Shown one piece after another: positions 51,029 to 61,188 of a stretch of DNA of 64,000 nucleotides. The DNA is from Nostoc sp. DedSLP01. GTDB taxonomy: Bacteria > Cyanobacteriota > Cyanobacteriia > Cyanobacteriales > Nostocaceae. Location of the stretch: positions 64,001-128,000 of the forward strand of contig JAVRCJ020000005.1 in assembly GCA_034530875.2 (NCBI GenBank), given 5' to 3'. The position numbers and the translations under genes were made by a program. The notes beneath the pieces are model-generated. The model was not told the origin of the DNA, searched no databases, and worked only from the letters and a program-made list of their open reading frames with translations. Numbering within the stretch: the first letter of the stretch is position 1; every line of letters begins with the position of its first letter.

Positions 51029-52794
51029 TTAAGAATCCCATTGAGTTGATTTACGTAAGGCATTAATCACAGCATTACGAACCTCCTTTTCCCTATGATT
51101 CTTCATAGACTCTAAAACCTTCCGCCCCTGTGGATTACTAACACCGGCTAATGCATAAGCTAGGGCATTGATATCTATTTGATTCTTTATACCAAGTTCA
51201 ATTTGTTGCTGAAGTGCGTCTACATTACCCATACCGATTAGTGCTAGAAAGCAACGTTCAGGTAAACCATACTTATCTGTATCATCTTTTGGGCGATTCA
51301 CTCCATATATAAGCGCAGATATAACTTGAGAATTACCTGTAAACACTAAATAAACTAATGCTTCATCACGTTCATCACTAGTACACATATCATCCTGAAA
51401 AACTTGGAGGAGCGGGTCTATTATTTCGGGTAGAAAGCATCCTAGTCGTCCAAGCGCAATGGCTACATATCTTTTGGCTTTAATTGGTAAATGTGAAAAG
51501 ATTAACTTTTTCATGACCTCAATATCTTTCAGACGATTGAGATATGATACTTTTGGTAACTTTCTTTGAGGCTTACCTCCATCTGCCACAATTGCCCATT
51601 CGTAAATCCAATCTGCTTGGGCAAATATAGTTTTTTCAGGGGTACAGACGCTCAAAATAAGAGCAGACCAACTTCGAGCAAAAGCATCATGTTTTTCATT
51701 GATAATAACTTGCCGTAAAATGTCAAGTTCTTCATCAGCAAAAGTATAGGTTGTGTAAGAATGGCAAGTTTTGGCACTGGTTAGCCATAAAATAGCCCAT
51801 ATAGCTGTGGTTGACACTGCATCATTACCCACCGTCTTTTGTTCAGCAGCCGTAAGTAATACTTTGACCGCTTTACGCAAGAGTCCGTTCGGTAAAAATC
51901 TATTCTTGTACTATTATTTTTACCCTGTGGACTATAGAATGCTTCAACTAAGTGCAGTGCTGCTTTAACACGCTCTTCCACCGAGCAGAAGATAGTTAAC
52001 TCCTCCAAAAAGGGTATTAATATTTGAGTAGCATTTTCTGCATTGAGGATTTCACTGATTGTGATTACCGTATTGAATAAAACACCACCAATCTTATTTC
52101 GATGGTCATCACGAGTTTGTATATAACTCTTTAACAGTCGTTCATGCAATAGCTGTCTAAAACTGGACTGCATTACTGAATAAAATGCTTCGTCCATTAA
52201 AGTATTCTGCTTATTGTTAAGACCATCAAGGTCGTTGAGGTTATCTATAGCTTTATCTATTACTAAATGAACGGTCTCGTTCTTCAATCCAGGCTCTTTT
52301 CCAAGGCACTGCATAGCAAAACTAGACAAAGCACGAGCTTCCGTAGCCGATCTATTGGAAGATAACAGCATTAACATCACGTCATCAGCCGTGACAATAC
52401 TTAAAGACTCTGATTTATTGTTTTTTTGACCCAATTTAAATATCCAAAAGCGCATAAACTCTTGCCAATGAGCAGCGACAACTGGCTCAGTTTTTTGACT
52501 TTTACCAAAAACTTCAATTTGTCTATCTACAATCGGTATGTCATGCATTTTCTGACATAAAGAATCCAAGATATCTAAAGTTTTTTGTTGGCTCTCTTTT
52601 TTTAAAGATTCTATTTCTTTAGCTTTTCTTTCAATTTCTTGCCGACATTCTTCAATTCTTTTTCGTAATCCAAATCTTTGCTCTGCACTGTAAGTCAAAA
52701 CAAGGTCTTTCTCTAGTTCGGCAAGTTTTTCTTGCCAGAGATCCATCACTTCCTCTTGCTTTAATAAAATTTGTTCTCGATTATCTGCTGACAT
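51029..52794 (-). pseudogene. Frameshifted gene: N-terminal helical domain plus C-terminal HEAT/PBS-like repeats
   Basis: ORFs 51781-52794 and 51029-51880 overlap; adding one base to the A5 run at 51894-51898 gives ..RIDFLPNGLLRKAVKVLL.. and one ~588-aa protein; HEAT-like VAIALGRLG, ERDEALVYL, VRNAVINAL. Confidence 0.7.
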
Positions 52795-52797
52795 TCC

Positions 52798-53277
52798 CTA
52801 TCTCCGAACTATTCTCCTAATTTTCTCCCAAGCTTTATACATCAATCCCTCTGTTTCCATCTCCAACTCATAAGATACGATCGCAGGAATTAACGGTAAA
52901 ACTACCTTCAACTTGGCTGAGGCTGCTTTATCTTGTTTCTCTAACTTGTCTCTAATCTCTTGCAGGAGAGAAATTAATTCTGAAGGATAAGTAATGGGAG
53001 GTCTCTGTTCGATAGATACAACTGCTTGTTCTACTTTAACCAGTTGGGTTTCTGCTTCCTCTTCAGAGATAATAATCGCTTCTTGTGGATAAAGTTGCCA
53101 GTATTCTGTCTCGTATTTAGTAATATTAGGGAGAATCTCTCGCTTAATGCGCTGCTTTAACTCAAATTTCGCAGGTTGACTATTACTAGTAAATAACTCT
53201 TTTTCAAACTCTCCCAGCTTTTCGTAGAGTAAGTCTAAAATATCTTTTAAGTCATTTAGTCTGTCGTAATCGCTCAT
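52798..53277 (-). CDS. Hypothetical helical protein sharing its N-terminal domain with the downstream gene
   Basis: LDLLYEKLGEFEKEL..AKFELKQRI; C-terminal AKLKVVLPLIPAIVSYELE. Confidence 0.8.
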   Translation of the reverse strand: MSDYDRLNDLKDILDLLYEKLGEFEKELFTSNSQPAKFELKQRIKREILPNITKYETEYWQLYPQEAIIISEEEAETQLVKVEQAVVSIEQRPPITYPSELISLLQEIRDKLEKQDKAASAKLKVVLPLIPAIVSYELEMETEGLMYKAWEKIRRIVRR

Positions 53278-53766
53278 ATTTATTTTTAATTTATAGTTGT
53301 TAATGTAATAAAGTTTTGGGCGTTCTTGAATGATGCGGTAAATAAAAAATTATCCTATCATGAATTATTCAAGATTGCTATATATTTTACTTATCTGTTG
53401 ACGGTCTTCACTCTTGATTAGGGGAATAAAAAAGTCTAAATACCCACTGTTTGAGGACATGCCCCAGCCTCGCATTTTACATTGAGTATCATATTCAGGC
53501 GCTCAAATGGCTCCATGAAAGTTTCTTAACAGCAGCCAGTTAGTGATTACTTCCAGATTTTAGAAATATTTTAGATTTTAGGGGCGTATATTTGTGGGTC
53601 CCTATCGACAAGGTACAGCAACTACAGGAACAAGAAATTATTGAGTGATTACTAATGAATTATCCCCAATTTCAAATCCAAAATACCTAGTCAATTATCC
53701 TCATGTTGGGAACTTGGGGTGTAAAATTCATGTCTTCAAAAGCACTTAGAAGCAAACCTAATTACA

Positions 53767-54261
53767 ATGCCGACAAAAGCGCTCAACATAGGGATGAGAT
53801 TATCGTTGATGATAGTTACGCTTTTCATCACTTCAGCAATTAATGCCATAGCTGATGCCCAAGAAGCGCCAACGATATTTGGAGATGTCACCATTAGCCC
53901 GCAGTTTTCGCCAGATCCATTGACAGTTCGGGGGATGAGTGGTGGCTCAGTTTCTGGAAATCAAGTAGGTGGCAGAAATGAAACAGCCACCGGCCCTTGT
54001 ACTGGATTCGTTGATGAAACGCCAGACCACACATTAGTACTAACCAGTAAATTTGATTACCTCAAGCTACAAGTTCAAAGCCCTGAGGACACTACCATAA
54101 TTGTTAACGGCCCCGGCGGTACTTGGTGCAATGACGATTTTGATGGTAAGAATGCTGGCATTGTTGGTGAATGGCTGGCTGGAACTTATCAAATTTGGGT
54201 TGGTTCCTACGATAAAGGCAAGTATCTTCCTTACACTCTACAAATTACAGAAGTTAAGTAA
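53767..54261 (+). CDS. Exported hypothetical protein (PPC-like beta domain)
   Basis: Signal peptide; CTGFV..PDH, GPGGTWCNDD, GTYQIWVGSY. Confidence 0.75.
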   Translation: MPTKALNIGMRLSLMIVTLFITSAINAIADAQEAPTIFGDVTISPQFSPDPLTVRGMSGGSVSGNQVGGRNETATGPCTGFVDETPDHTLVLTSKFDYLKLQVQSPEDTTIIVNGPGGTWCNDDFDGKNAGIVGEWLAGTYQIWVGSYDKGKYLPYTLQITEVK

Positions 54262-54287
54262 AGAATAGGGCATAGGGCATTGGGCGT

Positions 54288-54360
54288 GGGGAAAAGGGTA
54301 AGGGGTAAGGGGGAAAAGTTAAATTTATCCCTTTACCCTTTACCCTTTAACCTTTTCCCC
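54288..54360. repeat. Inverted heptamer-repeat hairpin (ggggtaa / ttacccc type)
   Basis: ggggaaaagggtaaggggtaagggg...cctttacccttt accctttaaccttttcccc. Confidence 0.7.
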
Positions 54361-54613
54361 TACCTCCCATACCTCCCTATGCCGATTCTCTTTCTTTTTC
54401 TCGTGCGATATTGTATTAAAATTAAGTTAACTTTAATTAAGATTCTTGTTGGCATGGCCATAATGGTCTAAAGCTTGTATGGCTTTGCATATAAGAAATC
54501 AAATTAAACAAAATGGATTTATGAACATCCGTTTAACGGCTCAAAGTGACAGAATGATAGTCCTTCGGTTGCTAAGGCTAATGAGTTGTATAAACATCTA
54601 GAGGCAAATTAAC

Positions 54614-56500
54614 ATGAAATTTTCCTGGAAAGTCGTGGCACTCTGGACGTTGCCGGCTTTGGTTATTGGCTTTTTCTTCTGGCAAGGAGCTTTTGCAGGT
54701 GCGCCTGCGGATATGACTAAAAATGCCGCCAACACCCGGATGACCTATGGTCGCTTCCTAGAATATTTGGATGCCGATCGCGTCACCAGTGTCGATCTGT
54801 ACGAAGGCGGCAGAACTGCAATCTTAGAAGCTCGCGATCCAGATCTGGAAAATCACATCCAAAGGTGGCGGGTCGATCTGCCTGTTAACGCCCCTGAGTT
54901 AATTAGCAAGCTTAAAGAAAAGGGAATTAGTTTTGACGCTCACCCCATGCGTAATGATGGCGCAATTTGGGGATTATTGGGCAATCTGGTGTTTCCAGTT
55001 TTATTGATTACTGGATTATTCTTTTTGTTCCGGCGTTCTAGCAATCTTCCTGGCGGGCCAGGTCAAGCAATGAACTTCGGCAAATCCCGCGCCCGCTTCC
55101 AAATGGAGGCAAAAACCGGAGTCAAATTTGATGATGTAGCTGGGATTGAAGAAGCTAAGGAAGAATTACAAGAAGTTGTTACCTTCCTCAAACAACCAGA
55201 AAGATTCACCGCTGTGGGCGCACGCATTCCCAAAGGAGTACTCTTAGTCGGGCCTCCTGGAACTGGTAAAACTTTATTAGCAAAAGCGATCGCTGGTGAA
55301 GCAGGCGTACCTTTCTTCAGCATTTCCGGTTCGGAATTTGTAGAAATGTTCGTAGGTGTAGGTGCATCCCGCGTCCGCGATTTGTTTAAGAAAGCTAAAG
55401 ATAACGCCCCCTGTATTATCTTCATCGATGAAATCGATGCCGTGGGCAGACAACGGGGCGCTGGTATCGGTGGCGGTAACGATGAAAGAGAGCAAACTCT
55501 CAACCAATTGCTGACCGAAATGGATGGGTTTGAAGGTAACACAGGAATTATTATTATTGCTGCTACCAACCGTCCCGACGTATTAGACTCAGCATTGTTG
55601 CGTCCCGGCCGTTTTGACCGCCAAGTTACAGTAGATGCACCTGACATCAAAGGGCGTTTGGAAATTTTAGAAGTCCACGCACGGAACAAGAAACTAGACC
55701 CTAGCGTATCCTTAGAAGCGATCGCTCGCCGCACTCCTGGATTCACTGGTGCCGATCTAGCCAACTTACTTAACGAAGCGGCAATTCTCACCGCCAGAAG
55801 ACGCAAAGAAGCTATCACCCTCCGCGAAATTGATGATGCAGTGGATCGGGTAGTCGCTGGGATGGAAGGTACTCCTTTGGTAGACAGCAAGAGCAAGCGC
55901 TTAATTGCCTACCACGAAATTGGACACGCCTTAGTCGGGACTTTGTTAAAAGACCACGATCCAGTACAGAAAGTCACCTTGATTCCACGCGGACAAGCAC
56001 AAGGTTTAACCTGGTTTACTCCCAACGAAGAACAAGGTTTAATTTCTCGTTCCCAGTTGAAAGCCAGAATCACTGGTGCTTTGGGCGGTCGCGCTGCTGA
56101 AGAAGTGATTTTTGGCGCTGCGGAAGTAACCACTGGCGCTGGTGGAGATTTGCAACAGTTATCAGGAATGGCGCGGCAAATGGTAACCCGGTTTGGGATG
56201 TCAGATTTAGGGCCATTGTCGCTGGAAAGTCAACAGGGAGAAGTATTCTTGGGTCGTGACTGGACAACCCGATCTGAGTATTCTGAATCTATCGCTTCTC
56301 GGATTGATGGACAAGTTAGAGCGATCGTTGAAGATTGCTATGAAACCGCTAAGAAAATCATCCGCGACCATCGCACCGTTACCGATCGCTTGGTAGATTT
56401 GCTCATCGAAAAAGAAACCATTGATGGCGAAGAATTCCGTCAGATTGTGGCTGAGTATGCTGAAGTACCAGAAAAACAACAGTACGTACCACAACTGTAA
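54614..56500 (+). CDS. ftsH: ATP-dependent zinc metalloprotease FtsH (FtsH2-type, thylakoid)
   Basis: [24 protein letters not shown]-terminus MKFSW..LWTLP. Confidence 0.97.
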   Translation: MKFSWKVVALWTLPALVIGFFFWQGAFAGAPADMTKNAANTRMTYGRFLEYLDADRVTSVDLYEGGRTAILEARDPDLENHIQRWRVDLPVNAPELISKLKEKGISFDAHPMRNDGAIWGLLGNLVFPVLLITGLFFLFRRSSNLPGGPGQAMNFGKSRARFQMEAKTGVKFDDVAGIEEAKEELQEVVTFLKQPERFTAVGARIPKGVLLVGPPGTGKTLLAKAIAGEAGVPFFSISGSEFVEMFVGVGASRVRDLFKKAKDNAPCIIFIDEIDAVGRQRGAGIGGGNDEREQTLNQLLTEMDGFEGNTGIIIIAATNRPDVLDSALLRPGRFDRQVTVDAPDIKGRLEILEVHARNKKLDPSVSLEAIARRTPGFTGADLANLLNEAAILTARRRKEAITLREIDDAVDRVVAGMEGTPLVDSKSKRLIAYHEIGHALVGTLLKDHDPVQKVTLIPRGQAQGLTWFTPNEEQGLISRSQLKARITGALGGRAAEEVIFGAAEVTTGAGGDLQQLSGMARQMVTRFGMSDLGPLSLESQQGEVFLGRDWTTRSEYSESIASRIDGQVRAIVEDCYETAKKIIRDHRTVTDRLVDLLIEKETIDGEEFRQIVAEYAEVPEKQQYVPQL

Positions 56501-56551
56501 TCATTGATTTCTGGGCTAATGCCTGGAAATGAACAAAAGAATAAAAACTAG

Positions 56552-56585
56552 AATGGGGATGGTGTTAACTATCCTCATTTTTTTA
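56552..56585 (+). terminator. Terminator after ftsH
   Basis: aatggggatggt-gtta-actatcctcatt followed by a T-run. Confidence 0.65.
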
Positions 56586-56595
56586 GCTCTTCCGT

Positions 56596-57666
56596 TTAAA
56601 AGGAATCCTCATCCTCTAGATCCTCTAATTGATCGTAATATTCATTATATCCTTCCTCTAATTCAGGATAATGCATTGCTCGGTGTAAAGGTGTAATAAA
56701 TTTATCGCTTACTAATTCAAAAATATTCAATGTAGCATCTATCACTTCTAGAGCTTGCTCTGAAGAAATTTCTATCACATCATATCTAGGATTATTGGTA
56801 GGCTTTTTAATAAAGATTTCTTCTGAGTATGGAATTTTTTTTACTTCATCTACTATTTTTAAAGTGCTTTCAAGATAGCATTCTAATTTCTGGAGGATAT
56901 AGAATAGTTGATGTCCATATTCATTTCTCAACTCTTTCCGTATTTCTTCAGATGTATTTTTAGTGTATTTTAATTCTTCTTCTATTAAACAAGCTTTTAA
57001 AAGTTTTTCAATTGCTTGTGAAGCCGGAAAAATTACAAATTGATAATCCCTCGTATTTTTTAAAGTAACGATAGCAAGATTTAAATCTTCAATAGCAAAA
57101 CTAATAAGCTTTATAGTTTCATTATTCAAATAAAAATTATTTTTTAATTGTTCAGGGACTATAAAAGGAAAATTACGATCGGTTTTACGTTCTTCATTAC
57201 GATAAAAAACTACATCATTTAGATATTTTATTGCTTGGAGTTTTTGTCTACTGCATTTAAACAAATTTTTTAAATATTCATTTTCTTCTTCTGTTAAACT
57301 TTGTTTGACTATTTCCGGTAAATTTGTGCAGTTAATATTGCAATCTTCAATCTTTTCTGGATGTGTGAAATACCAAATTTGTCCTTGCAGAAACAATGGT
57401 GTTTCTTTAATAATGAAATAATCAGGTATTTGTTTATATCCATAATTTTCTCGATACCAATCCTCAACTTGCCAAGCAGATAAGAATCTATCTAATTCTT
57501 CTTCACTTAATGAATCAACTCCATTGAAAAATCTATCTCCTAAATCATTTATATCAGGGCATAATTCAAGTACTACTATATCAATTCTGTCAGCAAGATA
57601 TTTATTTTCACTTGCTAATCTGCGATTTATTTTAGCTATTTGAGCATTTGTTTCATCTATGTTCAT
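56596..57666 (-). CDS. HEPN domain-containing protein
   Basis: C-terminal A.EDL..A...F.ASQAIEKLLKACL...GHQL...PRY...A.EVI pattern; very AT-rich. Confidence 0.75.
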   Translation of the reverse strand: MNIDETNAQIAKINRRLASENKYLADRIDIVVLELCPDINDLGDRFFNGVDSLSEEELDRFLSAWQVEDWYRENYGYKQIPDYFIIKETPLFLQGQIWYFTHPEKIEDCNINCTNLPEIVKQSLTEEENEYLKNLFKCSRQKLQAIKYLNDVVFYRNEERKTDRNFPFIVPEQLKNNFYLNNETIKLISFAIEDLNLAIVTLKNTRDYQFVIFPASQAIEKLLKACLIEEELKYTKNTSEEIRKELRNEYGHQLFYILQKLECYLESTLKIVDEVKKIPYSEEIFIKKPTNNPRYDVIEISSEQALEVIDATLNIFELVSDKFITPLHRAMHYPELEEGYNEYYDQLEDLEDEDSF

Positions 57667-57798
57667 TTTAAATTAATCTTAAAATACTACGTAAAAATAG
57701 TTCTATTTAGATAATTTGACTCTAGCCATTTTCTTAGAACATAAACTAGAAAATTGAATAAAGTACAGTGCCAGATGGCTAGTTAGAAATTTGTAAGC

Positions 57799-58317
57799 TT
57801 ATATGTTACAGTCTACAAGTTTAGAAGTGAGCCGACAGAAGCCCAATACGACCATCATCACCCAGAAACTACCCCCCAACCAAACATTTCCCCTATTAAT
57901 ATCACAACTAATATAAGGAAGGTGTCCTTGTGGTGCTGTAAGGTCGAAAGTCAACTTTGGATAATGTAATCAGTTCCAATCCTCTTTCCTCCAACCTACA
58001 GCATTGGCAAAAGTTCCCCAAATTTCTACATCATATTCCTTCACAATTTCTGCTTTATACTCCTTAGTTCCACCAAGGCTTTGATAAATACGCCTTTGAA
58101 TTGAGAAGCCAAAGTGTCCATTGCTGTATTTAACCCACAATCGGTCAATAATGCTGAGGTCTGTACAGGGAAAATCATCAATATCTTGAAAACGCAACCA
58201 ACTTTCCTGTTTCGCTACTACTAACATTACTCGTCCTGTTTCGTGATCAGCCTCTTTCCATTTCCCAGCAGCGAGTAAGTCCTGCAAGCGGGTGTAGTCT
58301 GTTGATCCTTGTGGCAT
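57799..58317 (-). pseudogene. GUN4-domain gene with an internal nonsense codon
   Basis: DYTRLQDLLAAGKWKEADHET..FPCTDL..IDRLW..SNGHFGFSIQ; after TGA (57970-57972) the same frame continues LHYPKLTFDLTAPQGHLP...SKLVDCNI* to 57799. Confidence 0.85.
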
Positions 58318-58551
58318 AAATAATAGTACAAAGTTCCTAATCTTGTTTAAGGGAAATGCTTACTACTTATTGTTCCCATCTGTATTAAGAGGATCACAAC
58401 TTGGATTAAATTCAGTATCATTTTGCTGTAATGACTTTTGTGGTTATTTGGTCAGCTGTTAATCTGATGTATTTATTTAAGCTTGCCGAAATCCGAAACT
58501 GGCAACACGGTTATTGTATGTAAATATCTACCCCTTTTTTATTTGCAGCAA

Positions 58552-59097
58552 ATGAATAGTAAAGCGAAATTATTAACTCTTGCCACCATCACTTTTGCTC
58601 TTTCATCTGTGAGTGTGGGAGCAGTCATAGCACAGACAAAACTAACCAATAAATCCAAATTGTTCGCTAACGGTATTGGACAAGTGCGAGTGGGAATGAC
58701 GGTCTCTCAAGCAAGCAAAGCTGCTGGGACTCGGCTAATTGGCGACCCACCGAATAAATATTGCTACTACGTAAAGCCGGAATGGGATCCTAAAGATGTT
58801 GGGTTCATGGTGACAGAAGGTCGTATTTCTAGGGTGGATGTGTGGAGAGATAGCAAAATTACTACCTTAAAAGGTGCAAAAATCGGTGACACGGAAGCGC
58901 GGATTAAATCTCTCTATCCAGGGCAGATTAAAGTTACTCCTCATAACTATGTCCAAGGTGGTCACTACCTGACTTTTATACCAAAAGACGAATCTGACCA
59001 AAATTATCGTCTAGTATTTGAGACTGATGGTAAACGTGTCACTCAGTTTCGCTCAGGTAAATTACCGGAAGTTGAATATGTGGAGGGATGTAGTTAA
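58552..59097 (+). CDS. Exported hypothetical protein
   Basis: Signal peptide after MNSK; GIGQVRVGMT, GAKIGDTE, YVEGCS. Confidence 0.75.
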   Translation: MNSKAKLLTLATITFALSSVSVGAVIAQTKLTNKSKLFANGIGQVRVGMTVSQASKAAGTRLIGDPPNKYCYYVKPEWDPKDVGFMVTEGRISRVDVWRDSKITTLKGAKIGDTEARIKSLYPGQIKVTPHNYVQGGHYLTFIPKDESDQNYRLVFETDGKRVTQFRSGKLPEVEYVEGCS

Positions 59098-59371
59098 TTA
59101 GAGAGAGCGTAAGTGTATCTATAACTCGGAACAGTTTAAGTCAAAAAACACCGTCATCGATTTCTGCAATTATCGAAACCACACCGATTTCATCTGGCGA
59201 TGGTCTTGTTCCAACATACACCACTGTGTAGCAAGATAAAGGCTTTGAACGGCAGTTAGTTTATAGTCATTCGTCTTTATAAATGACAAATAACTAATCG
59301 AAAATTGTATCAGTTCGTTCAACTGCTTCAGAATTCAGAATAATCTTGAATTCTGAATTCTGACTTCTGTT

Positions 59372-60682
59372 TTATCGTTCGAGTTCATCTACTGCTTTGG
59401 GAACTCCCGCAGTTAAGATTTCATGTCCATTCGCTGTCACTAACACATCATCTTCAATGCGAATCCCAATTCCAACCCATCGCGGGTGAGTTTCTGGTTG
59501 GTCTTCTGCTAATTTGGTATCAGGCACAATATAAAGTCCTGGTTCCACTGTCAAAATTTGACCTGGTTGTAAAATCTGCGGTTTATCTTCACCGTGCTGG
59601 TAAACTCCCACATCATGCACATCTAAACCTAACCAATGACTGGTACGGTGCATATAATATGGTTTGTATTTTTCTTCTTCAATTAACTTGTCAATTTCCC
59701 CTTGAAGAATGCCAAGTTCAACTAAACCTTCAGTCAGGACGCGCACTGCTATATCATGAACTGATTTGAAGGTATTGCCTGGTTGTACTTGAGCGATCGC
59801 TTGTTTTTGTGCCTCTAAAACAATCTCATACAATGTCTTCTGTTCTGGTGTAAATTTACCTCCAACGGGAAATGTCCGGGTAATATCAGAATTGTAATAA
59901 CCATAAGCACAACCGGCATCAATTAACAGTAACTCTCCATCCTGCATTTGCCGATTATTTTCAACGTAGTGCAACACGCAAGCATTCACACCAGAAGCCA
60001 CAATGGAAGGATAAGCCGGGCCGATACCACCCCGCACTCGAAAGATGCGTTCCATTTCTGCTTGGATTTCATATTCATAACGTCCGGGTGCAGCGATTTC
60101 TTGGGCGTGATTGTGTGCTTCAATAGCGATCGCAGCTGCTTGGCGCATTAACTCCAACTCGGCTTCACTTTTGATTAGTCTCATACCGTGGATAATAGTC
60201 CCGGTATCTTGAATCGCAATCGGCCCTGTACCGCGTTTGGGATAAGTTTGCAGTAACCTTTGGTAATGTGTCAAAATTTTCTCATTAAAAGCGCGATCGC
60301 GTCCTAAGTGATAGTAAATGCGATCGGCTTTTTCCAAATATTGCGGCAATTTTTCATCTAACTCGTTAATGGGGTACGCTTCATCAGCACCATAAATTTC
60401 TTTCGCTGCATCTACCCCGCAGCGATAACCACTCCATACTTCTCTTTCCCGATCCTTAGGTTGAACAAACAACACAAACCGATGTTCAGCGTGATGCGGC
60501 GCTAACACTGCAACAGCCTCTGGTTCGTTAAATCCAGTTAAGTAGAAAAAATCACTATCTTGGCGATAAACATACTCAACATCATTGTGCATCACTGCCA
60601 TTGGCGCACTGCGAAAAATGGCTGTGCCATTGCCAATTTTTGCCATTAATCGCTCTCGACGCTGCCGATATTCTGTTTGCAT
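59372..60682 (-). CDS. pepP: Xaa-Pro aminopeptidase (aminopeptidase P)
   Basis: YRQDSDFFYLTG, DAG..YNSDITRT, HWLGLDVHD, TVEPGLY, GIRIEDD. Confidence 0.93.
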   Translation of the reverse strand: MQTEYRQRRERLMAKIGNGTAIFRSAPMAVMHNDVEYVYRQDSDFFYLTGFNEPEAVAVLAPHHAEHRFVLFVQPKDREREVWSGYRCGVDAAKEIYGADEAYPINELDEKLPQYLEKADRIYYHLGRDRAFNEKILTHYQRLLQTYPKRGTGPIAIQDTGTIIHGMRLIKSEAELELMRQAAAIAIEAHNHAQEIAAPGRYEYEIQAEMERIFRVRGGIGPAYPSIVASGVNACVLHYVENNRQMQDGELLLIDAGCAYGYYNSDITRTFPVGGKFTPEQKTLYEIVLEAQKQAIAQVQPGNTFKSVHDIAVRVLTEGLVELGILQGEIDKLIEEEKYKPYYMHRTSHWLGLDVHDVGVYQHGEDKPQILQPGQILTVEPGLYIVPDTKLAEDQPETHPRWVGIGIRIEDDVLVTANGHEILTAGVPKAVDELER

Positions 60683-61188
60683 AGTAGATGTATTTGTAAA
60701 GTCTCGTGTTATTTTACACTTTTGACAACCAGCGGATGCACAGATAATGCTTCTCGGTAGTTGCTAATCTTAGTTATTTTAGCCAATATTTGTTCGCGCT
60801 CAAGTTATAAAACATCAGGATTCAGAATTAAGTATTCAGGATTCTGAATATTTTTACACCCAAGCTGAATCAGTTAAAAAATCAATAACCCATATAGCAA
60901 CCCTATTTGAGTTATGAAAAATATATCGGCGGTAATTATTACAAAAACATCACATAATTTATCTATAAATCATCACAAGCAGAATTTATTTCCTAATTGT
61001 TTAGATAATACTTGATTTTTACAGACAAATGATTTAAACGAAATCAAAATTTGTGGTCAAAGACTGACATTAAGCAAAATAAAATAGTGCTGAAGAAAAA
61101 ATAAAAACCAAATAAATGTTATTTCATTACAGAAAAGTACAAACTAAAAAAGTTAAAAAAAGATAACAACCAACAATTAAAAAATACC

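Larger units (their letters stand above)
49381..53596. mobile_element. AT-rich genomic islet bounded by ~60-bp direct repeats at the gltX 3' end
   Basis: 49381-49441 vs 53540-53596: 51/57 aligned identities plus a 4-nt indel; only non-core genes in between; no integrase. Confidence 0.65.

Noticed and set aside
53442..53543. Short open frame (…FYIEYHIQALKWLHESFLTAAS*) ending at the right-hand direct repeat; possible transposase tail
   Set aside because: Too short, with no recognisable motif or terminal inverted repeat; would need TBLASTX against ISfinder
55063..55896. 277-aa antisense ORF inside ftsH (and similar shadow ORFs in chlP, psbB and the RND gene)
   Set aside because: Expected antisense open frames of conserved genes; no independent coding signal
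57799..58317. GUN4 or FG-GAP genes as diversity-generating retroelement targets
   Set aside because: No reverse transcriptase and no template/variable repeat pair seen in the window
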